Shown here: piece after piece, positions 1 to 12,865 of the stretch
How positions within the stretch are numbered: position 1 is the first letter of the stretch
Layout: each line of letters opens with the position of its first letter
Assembly: GCA_012026655.1 (NCBI GenBank)
Contig: JAAILG010000621.1
Span: forward strand, 1-64,000
DNA: 64,000 nucleotides
Direction: 5' to 3'
Source: Hydrolagus affinis
Taxonomy: Eukaryota
The notes under the pieces: model-generated
Seen by the model: only the letters and a program-made list of their open reading frames with translations
What the model was told of the DNA's origin: nothing
The model's database searches: none
Made by a program: the position numbers and the translations under genes

Positions 1-779
1 AAAGGATACTTTGGAGAACCAAATCTTTGTTAAATGAAGAATATAAATGTACAGTACTATTGAGGTCAAACTTTGTTACATTACATGACTTTTTAACACC
101 AACTTTTAGAAAAATTTGGGTAGCATTTTCTCTCCATTCATGTCACATTCACGAACTTGTGTTTGGTAATCTAGCGTTTTTGTCCTGGAATCGTATGCTT
201 GAATTTTATTTTATTAGTGTAATATACTGAGCTCTATAATCTGCATAAGTAGCAGCAGCTGTGGTTCACGAGGATAAGGCCTGGATCTCAGCCCATGTCG
301 CTGAGCTGAAATTAAACAGAGATTTTTTCAGCATTTCAAGAGCAGGTGGTAATACAGTTAAGTATTGCACTGAGTAGCATCTGTATTATTGTACAGCCAT
401 AAGCACTGTACAGTGTACAGTGTCCAAGCCTGAAAATGTGGCAGGTGGGATTGGCAATAAGATTTAAAGGATGGGAATTTGACAGAGCAAATGAAAGATG
501 TAATATGGTATGAGAAGCTGGAATGGTATGTGAAAATAAAGTACCTTTTTGAAAGAGGCGGGCTACATATAAAGAGTGATCTTGATAATAATAATCCTTA
601 CATTTAATATAGTGCCTGATCACTTCTTCGAGCCGTATCCAAAGTTTGCTGCTTGAATATGTTGAACACATTTCTCAGCATGTTGAAATTCTGCATTCTT
701 CTTTCTTCCAGAAGCTTTCTGTGTTCTATAAGGTGAAAATATGTCATTTTTGATGAAGGAACATTTCTACTTTTGATAT

Positions 780-1125
780 TCAGTGCCAGCCAGCATCAAG
801 CACTCAGAGCTAACCTGCAGCAAAGCCAGACAGCACATAAAACTCCCTTTCCCCATACAACATGCATTTGTCAGGCCTCAAAAAAGCACCCCTTTTGTAC
901 ATGTGATTTTTTTTCAGAGCAACCATCCTGATGGTCCCTCTGGCTGATATTGCCAATTTCTCCAGAGTTAAGAACACTTTGTACTGTAGGGTGTGTAACC
1001 TCTAGAAACTGGGTTGATTCAGACAAAACTCATTTCACGCTGAACCCTTAAAAGCCAGCAGAGAGAAAAGACTTTCATTCAATTAGCCTTGGACTGGAAC
1101 AAACCCAAGTCCCAGAGGTGTGCAC
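780..1125 (-). mobile_element. Old tRNA-headed SINE-like relic, family unassigned
   Basis: The minus strand begins cacctctgggacttgggtttgttccagtccaagg, a decayed B-box-like head. It ends in a gggagtttta...gagtgcttgatgctgg tail resembling fish retroposon tails. Confidence 0.35.
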
Positions 1126-1356
1126 TTCAAATTCAATTCACTAGAAGCACAGTATTTCCAGTATTTTACTCAACGTAATGCTCTGGATATTCTAGGGCAA
1201 AAATTTGAGGCTTGTTTATTAAATCAAAGTTGTACAAAGCATGGTACCTGTATGGATTTACAGTACTGTACTTATTTAGAATGCTTCAAGATTTAAATAT
1301 CAGTTTATTCATTTTCAAGGAGGCTCAATGAGTTTATTATTATTATTTATGAGTAA

Positions 1357-1712
1357 TTGAGCCATACAGACTGGGAAGATAAACTGAAAAAAACTATATT
1401 TACGGAACTCGCAGTGTGGTTTGGAGACTCTTAAGCGTTGTATAGTGATGGGTTTCCACATGTGCCCAATATCTGGCTAACCACAAAAAAAATCCCAGGT
1501 TTAAATCCTCATTTGTGTTGAGTTAGCTGATCTCAGCTGGGGTGGCAATATCGCTGATACAATTGGTCTTTGTGCCCTAGGCTGGGGACCAGAAAATCAG
1601 CCCGGGTTACTGCTCCTGATCAATATCTAGCAACCCCTCTTTGGTAATTGGACAATCAATGCCATGGAATTGCATCCGCTCCAGTGAAAAAGCCTTCAGG
1701 AGTGACAAGGAG
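1357..1712 (+). mobile_element. LF-SINE-like element, decayed and interrupted
   Basis: gagccatacagac..., then tgtgttgagttagctgatctcagctgggg...caattggtctttgtgccctaggctgggg...aaaatcagcccgggttactgctcctgatc, matching my recall of the LF-SINE core. Confidence 0.75.
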
Positions 1713-1733
1713 AGAGAGAGAGAGAGAGAGAGA
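1710..1733 (+). repeat. (GA)n microsatellite
   Basis: Direct read of the sequence; it explains the ERERER and LSLSLS stretches in the ORF track. Confidence 0.95.
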
Positions 1734-2608
1734 ATAGCAAGAAGCAAACATTTCTTTATTATCCCTTTTGGAGATGCACAAGGTCTTTGCAAGCGAATAA
1801 ATCGTCACTGGAAAGGTGTCTCAAATAGAGGGCAAACTAAATGTAAAACAACTCAAAAATCAAGGTATCTCACAACTTCGCTATCATTGATTATCAGCAC
1901 TGCAAACTGTAATTTGATTATGAGTAAATCCTAGTGCTTTTCTTTCCTAAACATTTTACATCTTTGAATTGCAGCTTTCTGTCGCATTTTCTGAACCGTG
2001 TGTTTATCATCTGCAGAAATTAGAAATGCAAAATTCAAATGATATGCAAATTGAAACATGGCTGTGAAACATCCAACAATTACAAAACACATATATAACA
2101 AGCAATCTGTTGCATTAAACCTGTGGTTAATGGGTCTGATCACATGCGTGAGATGTAGCAGTGTTTTGGTGAGCATATAAGACCACCTGCAGAGAGAGGC
2201 ATTGCCTTCTGTTCATTCACCTGGCTCCAGGCGTCTTCTAATCATTATTTGCTTCAGGTAGAGATTCCACAGCTGTATTGCCGATCTTGTTAACGTTGTG
2301 CTTTACACACACACAACTAGTTTTGCTGGAGAGCAGCCAGTGAAAACATGTTATTGGATCCTAATTATAGGGTTATATTTTTTTAAAGATTGATTTAAGA
2401 AGGTATCAAGACTTATGCGAAGAGACAATTATCTGCATTTTTCCAAAAAAAAGTTCCTTTTCTGGTGTTTGTTTGACTGGAGACTGGGCTGGATGTGCAG
2501 TGGTCAATTCTGCTGTCTTCTTATCAGGGAATCAAAGAGAATGGAATTGTTTAATGTTCAATGAACATCTTTGGGAGGTTATTCTCAACCTACATTATTC
2601 TCAAACTG

Positions 2609-3283
2609 CATTGCCAGATTCTGCCACTACCTCACCCCACCCATGCTGCCGAAACACTCATCCACGCATTCATTACATCTAGGCTCGACTAGGGGAACTC
2701 TCTCCTCGTCGGCCTTCCCAGCTACTCCCTTCACAGGCTGCAGATTATTCAGAACTCTGCAGCTCGTGTACTCTCCCGCACTAGGCTCCACGACCACATC
2801 ACTCCCACCCTCGCCGTCTCCACTGGCTCCCCATCTCCAGAGGGTCGAAGTCAAGATCCTCGACTTCACTTTCAAAGCCATTCATAGCCTTGCCCCTGCC
2901 TATCTCTCTGACCTGCTGTCTCCCTATCAGCCTGCCCGTCCCCTCCGTTCAGCGGGCTCTGGCCTGTTTCACGTCCCCTGCCTGAACCGTCCTACCATTG
3001 GTGGCTGGACACTCAGCCTCTCTGCTTCCACACTATGGAACTCCATCCCGCAATCCCTTCACCTCACTTCCTCCCTTTCCTCCTTCAAGACCAGTCTCAA
3101 GATCTTCCTCTTCGACCGTGCCTCCTGCTCCCCTCCTAACTCTCCCCCCTCTCCTACTCTCCTTCCCCCTATCCCGACCTCCCACCCCCCACTCCTGCTC
3201 CGGTCCCAACCTAACTTTTCAGCGCCTTGGGACGTCCTCCTGACATGAACGGCGCTCTATAAGTGTAATTTTGTTGTTGTTGT
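2609..3283 (+). mobile_element. 5'-truncated L2-clade LINE: 3' end of ORF2, 3'UTR and (TTG)n tail
   Basis: Frameshifted L2 C-terminal motifs (IARFCHYL, LIHAFITSRLD, KILDFTFKAIHSLAPAYLSDLL, RPLRS, LWNSIP, FKTSLK), a pyrimidine-rich UTR and a ttgttgttg tail. Closely similar to the minus-strand copy at 40616-41573. Confidence 0.93.
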
Positions 3284-3431
3284 ATTCTAAATGGAATCTG
3301 GTTAATTAAAAAATAGGGTTCAGAAAAAGTAGAGGACATTTTTATTAATGCCACCCTACATTCTGCCAGTAAAATGTAAATCAGGAATTATAAATACACA
3401 ATGGTTACATATCCATATCTGGATGTATTAA

Positions 3432-3530
3432 CAATAATAATCCCTGCATTTGATATAATACCTTATTACATCTTTGAGACACCTCAAATATACTGTAAAG
3501 TGAATTGACTGTATATTTTTCCGGGCGAAA
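3432..3530 (-). mobile_element. 3' fragment of the young tRNA/Deu/L2-tail SINE
   Basis: aataataatccctgcatttgatata...atatactgtaaagtgaattgactgtatattt matches the reverse complement of the 35278 copy. Confidence 0.8.
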
Positions 3531-6500
3531 AGGTTAGTGACAAAAAGTTAGTGGATCATTCAGTAAATGAAAAATGCCCCTTTTTTGAACAGGCTTTTAC
3601 CAGGTAGATTAAACGATTAAAATAAAACCTAAATTGCAACATAAATTAAAACATAAAATAAAGCACAAATTGGCCCAGCAGCAAGTTGTTCATTATTGCC
3701 TTGATTTAAACAAAAGTTGTTTGAAGCCTTGAGGCAACCTTCAGGTCAAATTATGTTATACCTTCTGAATTTATGCAATAAATGACTATGAGGTATAACG
3801 TTATATTCTGTAGGACCTTTGACAATGGATTTGTGGATACAATGAGCTGTAATACACTATATGGCACCTTTAGGTTAATAAAACAAGACACGGTTGCCTA
3901 TTTCCATTTGCTGGTGATTACAGTATGTACAGCATTCCTGATTCCACTGCATTTCAGTTAAGGATTTAATTAGGTTGTAGCCTTTTAGATTTAAGTTGTC
4001 TAATACTGGTTCAAAAGTTCATGGAATTCCCTTATGGGATCCTAATTTTCATCAGATTCCCTACAGCAATGCACGAGCAAACGGCCCTTTTATGCGTCGT
4101 GAGAGGCAGATAAATAAAAGCAAGTAATGACAGAATGCACAGCCGCCTTGTCTTGCAAACTCCGAACAGCCTCATTTTCTTTCTTGCTAAATGTGATAAT
4201 AAGATAAAGATGATAATGTAAGGTTGTACAATTGGCTGGGGCTGGTGACAAGGGAAGAAATGGATTATTCCGGAAACTGATGAAGCTCTGGCACAATTAG
4301 ATTCTGAAGCAGCGCTCTGAGATTTGGTCATTCCATAGCCTGTTCTGATTGATGACAAAATCATAACTTCATCATATTAACTTCAGAGTTCACTGGCAGG
4401 TTACAGTGGGTCTGATTCTGTCTCATATTGAACTGTGACAGAACAGGCAACTTAACTCTTTCCGTGACACAACACTGCTCTTGTATAAAGTTCTGTTAGA
4501 ATTTTTTTTGATTTTATTATTTGAAAGATAATTGAATGTAATGCATGAAGTGACGCAAGCTTCCTGGGCCAGAGGCAGGAGTACATCTGGATGCACAACT
4601 CACACATAATACCAGGACAGAAGATGCGTTTGCTAAGATACACCATTGTGCAGTGCTTTTAATAGAGGATTTTAATAAAGGATTTGCAATTAAAACTCAA
4701 AATAGAAATGGAATCTCAATCTACTTTTGAGTACGGTCACGGTCCTTTTTACAGTTTAAAAATATGGTTGTTTTCTTAAGCCCAAGCATTCTCCTGTTGA
4801 TGGGTTTCAAATTAAATCATCAGTGAAATGCCTCAGATCCCATTGGAAGAGGAATAAACTGGAGAGTGACCAGCCTGCTATAGAGTGGGGCAGGAAGAGA
4901 GAGAGTCTTGGGTACAGACAGCCCATGACACTGGAGACTAAACAGTTTTACTCTCTGCAATGCACCTACTCCTGGCCCAAAGACAGAGAGGACATTGTGT
5001 TTTCACAATGTGCTAAAACACTGCCTGTGTCATACTCAAGTGTGATCTGGTTTATATTAGATTTACTGCCGTTACAAACATGTCATAAATCTGGACATAC
5101 TATATTTCATTGTACCAACACATATGGCACAAGTATTACTTGAAGAATAAATATTTTTTACTTGGTTTTCTCTAACGAGATAGATAGCATTATCAATGGA
5201 ATATACTAGATAATATTAGTAACCACATTGAAACAGTCATATACCCAATTTGATATTTAACAGAATTAAGAGAATTATTCAAGGCACACAAAGCCAGTGA
5301 AATTAACGATGAATGATTTCTCCAAAGTATTGCAATTTCCCATGTTGGCAAAAACTGCCATTGATATATTTTTAATTTATTTTCTGGAAAGTAAATATTG
5401 CATTGATGTTTGATATGGCTATCTGCTGTTGGCCATGTTTGCTTTCCTGTGTCATTTGTTTAGAATCTGATCTGATCTGTGATTTATATTCTGCTGACTT
5501 CCTCTCTGTGCCTGTTTGAGCTGCAAACTGATAAGTAGAAAACTCTATAAAAAAAATCTGGAGTAGATATCAAATATTCATAACTACCACAGCCCACACA
5601 ATATCTGTGGCATTTCCTTATTTCAATAAGGTTGAATCTGTGACTGACATATAATTAAAATCTGTATATAACGGCGATTGCAAACACATATAACAGGGCG
5701 CATTAAAAAAAACCAAGACAGGTTAATAAAAACATATAATCTATACACAGTACGCATTATCTGATAGCAGTAACCGTCACTGCATAAATGTTGGTATAAA
5801 TAAACTTGAGGTATAGTTAAGTAATCTAGTCAATGTGCAATCAAGTGACATGTCTTAAAATGAATTGGAACTATTGAACATTGGATTTTCATGGAATAGA
5901 TCTGTTATTTTTCATATAATAGGTCACAGCTTTTGAAGGGAATTGTGCTTTCCTGATGCCTGCATACTGGCAGTGTGCTCCAGCCATTTCTCACTAAGTG
6001 ATTCCTTCCTTCCAGCGCATGACATAAACATACTCAATTGTTGGATGAGGATATTGGAATTGGAGGTAAGACTTCTCAGTGACCTTTTACATGTGAGACA
6101 GTCGATAATCCAGGAAATGCTACAAGCAGTCGTGGGTGTGGACTCACATCTTAAGTGTTTTTAAATGCTTTGTTAAAATTAGTAATGGTGATTCTAAATA
6201 ATGGTATCCCTGCTGCTCAATAGAAAACACTGGTAAGTTTTTGGGGGACCAGTTCAGTTTAGGATTCCCTATCTATTAGACAAGCTGTTCAGTTATTAAC
6301 AGGTTGTTTACAAAGGCTTGTTATCCCCATGTTTCTTTTTCTGAACAACAACTGAAACATATGGAATAATGGTGATCATTGAATTTAAAAGTACTTCATT
6401 GTATTCGGTGCAAAAGTGTTTAATTGTATTTAGATGTCCAGAGGATAAGTGAGTGTGAGCATGAGCGCCATCATTTTCATGGCAGATAATGATCCGTTGC

Positions 6501-6828
6501 CATGTTTGGTACTTATATCTAGTTCCATTTTGAATTGTAATCTGGATCCTGTTTTGACCACAACACCACACTGGACATGCTAAGCACTCTCTGGATAAAT
6601 AAATCCCTCCTCACCAACCCTTTCTGCTCCTTTGGTATCTATCTTAACTTGATGCCATCTTGTCACTGACTCTGTTTAAAAGAAACAGCTTCTAAATCAA
6701 GACTGAATTTAAGAATTTACCACAGGCTAAGACGAGGAGACATTTGGGGCTTTAAATTGTACAAAAAAAAGTCAAACAGATTTTAATGCCTGAGATTTTT
6801 TTGTTACCATTGTAAGAGATGGTGGAAT

Positions 6829-6965
6829 AATCATAGAATCATAGAACTTTATAGCACAGAAGGAGGCCATTCAGCCCATCGTGCCTGTGTCAGCTCTTTG
6901 AAAAAGTTACCAAATAGTTCCACTCCCCCTCTCTTACCACATATCCCTGCAAATTTTTCCTCTTT
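6829..6965 (-). mobile_element. CR1-clade LINE 3' end
   Basis: atcatagaatcatagaa 8-mer tail followed by gaaggaggccattcagcccatcg, a typical CR1 terminus; similar to 60672-60750. Confidence 0.8.
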
Positions 6966-9900
6966 AAGGATAAACTCTAGAATTTTTTCATTGAAGTGTA
7001 CATATTTGTGTGCGAATGTGTGCCTTAGACACAACACAGCAAGTTTGTTTCTATAGATTCCCTATTCCTCCATGCTGGTGGTTCTGAATCCATCCAGTGT
7101 AATCAGAATGTATTTCCTCCAAGAGACCACAGAATAAAGTATTGGAACTGATTGATCTGATAACCGCTGCTTTCAGGCTAAAAATCATTTGAAGATCTGA
7201 GGGAAAAAGACAATAGGAAATCATAATTACTAACTTCCAGAAACCATGTTCCTTATGTTTAATTTTTTCTAAACCTAGCCAAGCAATATGATGATACCCA
7301 GAAAGTTGGCTTTTTTTATGGTAGAAAAATCAAAGCATTTCCCTTTGCTGTAACAGTGTGACCCATCACATCTAAATCATTTCCTGTGTAAATACAAAGC
7401 TCTCCTTTGTTGAAACCGATTGTTCACAGGTTAGTTATTGCTGCTTTATATGCACAAAAAGAAAAGTTCAGAATAAGGGGCCACTAGGGGTTGTTTTACA
7501 GCAATAGCAATGTAAAGCGGAAAAAACCCCCCTGAACTGTTTGCTGCATGGCCTCTTTAACTGATAACAAGAGAATACTACTATTGCATGTTGCCATTGT
7601 TTATCTTCTAGTCTTTTGAATTCCTGCCCATTCTCCTCACCCTAAATTGGACACATATGCCAGTTTTAAACCAGATCTTAACAAGGATGCTACCCAAATC
7701 AATGTTACCAGGATATTTGCTTTTGTTTGAAGTCCCTGATACACTTTAAAGGGTAACGGCAGGTTTTGTTCAAGGAACCATTTCTATCCAATTTCAAAGA
7801 CGCCCATAAATTTCCTCTCCACCCCAAGTCCAACTTTCTGCACTGCAGGCCTTGTTGATGATGAATTAACATTGGGATCATTAGGATGCTAGCTCTATTT
7901 GCATTTGCTTATGAGAAGTATTCGGTTAAGTGTTTCCAAGCAGGTGTGACGACTGTAAAATGGGCTGAAATGGTAACAGCACAAACGCTTGTTTTGCTCT
8001 TACAATGGAAACAAGCTTTGCTTAGGTTTAACTCAGTATTTGTGTTCTGTCTCGCCTGCATACAGCATGCAAAGGTAAAGCCTGAGCTCTGTGTTTTCAG
8101 GAATGTCCATCACACTGACAAGTCACAGATTTGTGTGTTGTTTGGGTGGATGCACACAGGCAGCCTAGTTAATAAATGAGTGCAGGGCCACAGAATGTCT
8201 GCGTCTACAAAGCCTTCTTTAAGATGAAAAAAATAAGGATTGCATCAAATGGCCACAGTGCAGCTCCTAAGTAATCTTGTAGTTTACATTTTGGAAAGCC
8301 ATCTGTTAATGCACAGGACAAGCAGGTCATTTGCTTTACCACTTTAGAAACAAATCTTATTCAAGGAGTGTGATAAGAGTTTAGGCTGAGCTGCTCACAA
8401 GCATACGGATCAACCTATTACACCTACACCTCCATACAGTATTTAATAGCATGTTATGGACTGGATTAAAGCAGCAGACTTTTATCACTGCAGAGCTCAA
8501 CTGGTTTGTGCTGCATTAATCTCCCCCCTTCCCCCAGTCTCCAGCTCACTCCATCCATTCTTTAATGTGCCTTGTTAATACCAATCCAATGTTTTTTTTA
8601 TTGTATTTGGGTTTGAAGCCAACAGCACAAAGTAACCAGCCTTCCTTGCATGAATAATTTGATTTTCATTTGTGACCAGCATGACGGGTGACCTTTGCTC
8701 TTCAGAATGATCTTTTCGTCTCCCAGAAAGTTCACGGAAGGGTCACTGAGTTGCACTGACTTCCTCTTTGGTGTGTGTGGTGTGTATGTGGACAGGATCT
8801 GTGTAGTGGGAGAGAGCTTCCGCCATATCTGAGGCACTTTCCCTTCTAGAATAAATCAGAATTAGTGCAGTCTATGCATTGCCTTGCAGTGTAAAGGGGA
8901 TGAATATTTCACAGTAACAAGAGGGTCACCAAGATGGCAAATCAAACACTTTGTGCAACAGAATAGGCGTGTTCGTAATTGGAACATGGTTCCATTCTTA
9001 GACATTCTTTCGGGGTTAAAATAACAGGGCAAAAACAGTCTGAATAACTGAAATGTTTCCTGTGTGATAGGAAATTTTCACACACTTATGCCCCTCAAAA
9101 GTTTGAAAGCTCTGATTCCATTTTGAGGTTTAAAAGCTTCATCAATTCCACATTTTATTAGAAATTGGTTCCACTTTTATGGTCCAAAAGAAATACGATG
9201 CTTTCATACATCATAATTGTTTGATTTTTTTCTTCCCTTTATTTCTTTTCCAAATGTCAATGTGGAGTGTTATGATATTGCTTGCTACTCAGGAAAATGC
9301 TGTTGATATTATTTAGTGACATACAACAGCGCTCACAATGGTTTTGATTCGACGCTGAAATGATGCAGAGACGAATGAATTTTTCATTTTTTTTTCCCAG
9401 AACCGAGGTTCATGTCGAGGTCATAGCATCACTGAATAGCATACCCAGAAGGCAAGTGTCTGCACAGACCTGCTGAACAAATGGGAATACGAACACATTT
9501 TAAAACTGGAGGCACATGACAACGGAGAGGCCTGCTGGTGAGAAAGGTGACAAAATGATTGTAAGGATAGTGTTCGTGGATAAAAATGAGGGGAATCGGC
9601 ACTTTGGGTTGTCCGTCACATTAGCAGGCTGGGGGATGTGTGCCATCAGCTGGTAGGCATGTTCTCTCGGAAAGGGTTTTCAGGCCTGACATTGGTCATA
9701 TATCATTGCAGCTGTGCCCTTTGATTACACAGAGGCCTTGCAGAGTCATTAATAACTGGTATCAGGCTTTTTGTCTGGCAAATGACATCTGGCCACTAAG
9801 TGACTTAACACCTAGCTGGCTCTTTTTGGGGGTAATGTAGAAGAGGTGAGCTTAAAGAAGGAACCTGTTTATTTTACTTCCATGTGCTCTTGTCTTCAAG

Positions 9901-10076
9901 GAGTGAAGCCACTTTGTGCAGAGAAACCATTCGCTGGTGTGTCAGTACATGAAGCCAGCCCCAAGCGATCGGCTCTGCCAGAAGTGGCTGGAATCCCGTC
10001 AAAATTATTTTGATGGACTACAATCCTATTCTCTTAATATAGTGCAACAGTATGAGTATTACTTTAGCTAAAGATA

Positions 10077-10158
10077 CATTAGTAACAATATCACTTACAC
10101 ATTGAAGTGTAACTTAGCTGTTATTGTAAGTAATACTGTAGGCCTAAATTGGTGGCAT
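10077..10158 (+). repeat. 82-bp direct repeat, copy 1
   Basis: About 8 mismatches against 11141-11222 by manual alignment. Confidence 0.9.
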
Positions 10159-10831
10159 TTTATCACACAGTCAATGAAGATCACTATATTTTTAGATTTA
10201 ATGCTGCGTTTCACAGTAATGAGCTGTTAGTTATTTCTGGTTAAAAGCTGTGACAATTGTTCATTTTTAGTGCAAACAAGGACATAGAGCCACACAATAG
10301 TAGGCATCTGCACTGACAACTGGTGAAGGCTCAAATCGGAACGGTTATACATGGGAACGCTGCACAAAAGACAATAAATAAATGTTACACACCAACTAGC
10401 GGTGAGTACCAGAGAGTGATATGAAGACTCTATCAAATCTCAAAGCTCCGATGATAACTATGAACTGCAGCGCATGTCATCCTAAACCCCTTGTTAAGAT
10501 AACTGACTTCCAATCATTCCAAGGAGGCAATAAGTGATGACTGAATGACCAATGCTTATAGTTACACTTTAGTCTAATGTGTAAGATGGTAAGCGTGTGG
10601 TAGTGAAATACTAATACTGTAGCATCATATGATACCAGCATATGATGGTAGCCTGGTATGTATCAGGTGAAAGTTAAAATGAGCTTGGTCATTGCTTCAT
10701 CACTTTGTGCCAATTCATGTAAGATCAAAGTATAAGAAAGCAAAGATTAGATGGGTTTCTCTCTTGGACCTGCTTCAATTCAGATGGAAGTTGTGTAAAA
10801 TGTTCTTGACCACTCTCAGTGTAGTTTCTAA

Positions 10832-11085
10832 CCACAAGATCACAAGGTTGGATGAAGAAGACCATATGGCCCATTTGATGTCACCCATCCTGAATCACAC
10901 CCATCCAATCACAACATGAAGTTGTTTTTCAAATGAGACCAGGGTCCTGGTCTCAAACACCCACCCCAACAATCTGTTTCAGCCGTTAATTACCCTGTGG
11001 GATAAAGCAAAACTTCCTGGTGTCTGTACTGAAATTTCCCTTTGCAACTCTATACTGTGCCTGTGCAGTACACGTGAAGTAATGT
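10832..11085 (-). mobile_element. Decayed CR1 3' UTR
   Basis: gaagaagaccatatggcccatttg...taattaccctgtgg...aacttcctggtgtctgtactgaaatt, resembling a CR1 3' region. Confidence 0.55.
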
Positions 11086-11140
11086 TGCAGTAGCCATTGT
11101 GGCCTTGTACACCATTGGATTTGTGGGTTTTAACAGGTTG

Positions 11141-11222
11141 CATTAGTAACAATATCACTTATACATTGAAGTGTAACTTGGCTGTTATTGTTAGCAATAC
11201 GGTGAGCCTAAATTGGTGTCAT
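11141..11222 (+). repeat. 82-bp direct repeat, copy 2
   Basis: Matches 10077-10158. Confidence 0.9.
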
Positions 11223-11321
11223 GCGAGTTCTATATTTTATGGGAGCAGAGTGGATGAATTTTCTATGTGCTAAACCAATGGAATACTTGGCGAGGCATGT
11301 TGAAAGTTGACTTTGGGCTAT

Positions 11322-11380
11322 GCCTCCTCCCGACGTGAAAGGAGCAATACACATGTAATTTTGTTGTTGTTGTTGTTATT
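11322..11380 (+). mobile_element. L2 extreme 3' end with (TTG)n
   Basis: cctcccgacgtgaaagg...atgtaattttgttgttgttg, as in the 3283 terminus. Confidence 0.7.
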
Positions 11381-12639
11381 AAGGGTTGAAATTAATCTCT
11401 AAGCTTTGGTCATAATGTTGTCCTAATTCAGTTTTTTCCACACACAAAACAAACTGCACAAATGATTGAAACCCTCATGCAAACTAAACAAGCTGAGCGG
11501 TTATACAATATCACCACAGACTCGATAAACAGTGGACAGGGATCAAGCAAATCAGTTGTATTTTTCTGGATGTATTTACTGTATCTAATTTGTATGATGG
11601 TTTATTTTCTATTGGGAGAAGGTTGAGCAAAGGTCTATGGACAATTAGAGCTATAAATGCTGATTGATATACTGTATTGAGAGACATAATATCAGTTGGT
11701 ATTTTTAGACCTCAGTTTATGTTTTTGCTTAGAACCATGCTATGGTGTTTCAGCCACAAAACATAGCCACTTGTGCTTCACCATCTGGGATGAGCTTTCC
11801 TATGAAGAATTCGTATAATGAAGATATGTATAAAGTACACACAAATATTAAATCATGACACACAGACACATACACACAACCTGCATTCTTTGGAATAGTT
11901 ACCATGTTCTTTATTGGAATGAAGTTTAAAGCTAATGAATTTGCTGCACTTGATTTTTCAGCATTAATAGATAGTAAGTTCCAATCACAGTATTATCAAT
12001 TGACTCACGGCTTAAAGATGTTGTGGTTTTGTTAGTAATGGTCAGGTTTCAGATATCAATAAATCAGTTTTTGTCATCTTTTACACACTCCCCGGCTGTG
12101 GGAGATCATTAATTGAATGCTGATAAGATATACTATGTACTCCGTCATGTATATGGTATTCACCTTTCCTTGCAGGTTTTAACCTTACATTGGGCTTTGC
12201 CTTGTAAGATGTGTCTGTGCTTTGAAATGGCTATGTCTTGCATGGCTGAGGTCATTTGCATACCAGCAAGAAAGTGTCCACATAGCAATGAATCTTGAAC
12301 ATTCATATAAAGAAGATTCTTCTTTGCCAAGGTTTTTTAAGAAGAATGATTCACCCACTTTGTATAAATATACTTTTCAAACAAATAGCAGTTTTAGAGA
12401 CCAGCGCGATTAAAAATCTGGACTAAATGAATATGAGTTGTAGAGGGAAAGAGCCTTGAAAAACATTTAATTCAACCTCCTGGCAAAGTAAACTAATATT
12501 TTCGATGTACTGTAGTATACTATTTTCAGGAATAAAGCCCCAAAAGAACTTCTTAGTGAGGAGGATACCTATTAACATTGTTTGTTGAAGTTGTCATCTC
12601 CTCACTCCCTAATCCACCACTTAATGTCTCCACTTGATT

Positions 12640-12865
12640 GGCACTGGCCTCATGCTTAACCCTCTCACCCTCTGCTCCATCATTGGAGGTCGCGCTTTTA
12701 GCCACTATGCCCCGAAACTTTGGAACACTCTCCCTCAATCCCTCCAGTCACCAATCCCTTTCCCCCCCCACAGCTCAGAGTCAGGCTCCACCATCGATAA
12801 CTCTGAGATACTGCCCTGTGTGGAGAGCACCATATAAGTGCCAGTTATTATTGCTCTTGTTGCTT
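12640..12865 (+). mobile_element. L2 3' remnant
   Basis: Translates as IGGRAFSHYAPKLWNTLPQSL, an L2 ORF2 C-terminal motif, followed by a degenerate tail. Confidence 0.85.

Noticed and set aside
2571-3248. 225-aa ORF, the longest in the window
   Set aside because: It runs through a frameshifted L2 relic, partly out of frame; it is not a host gene.
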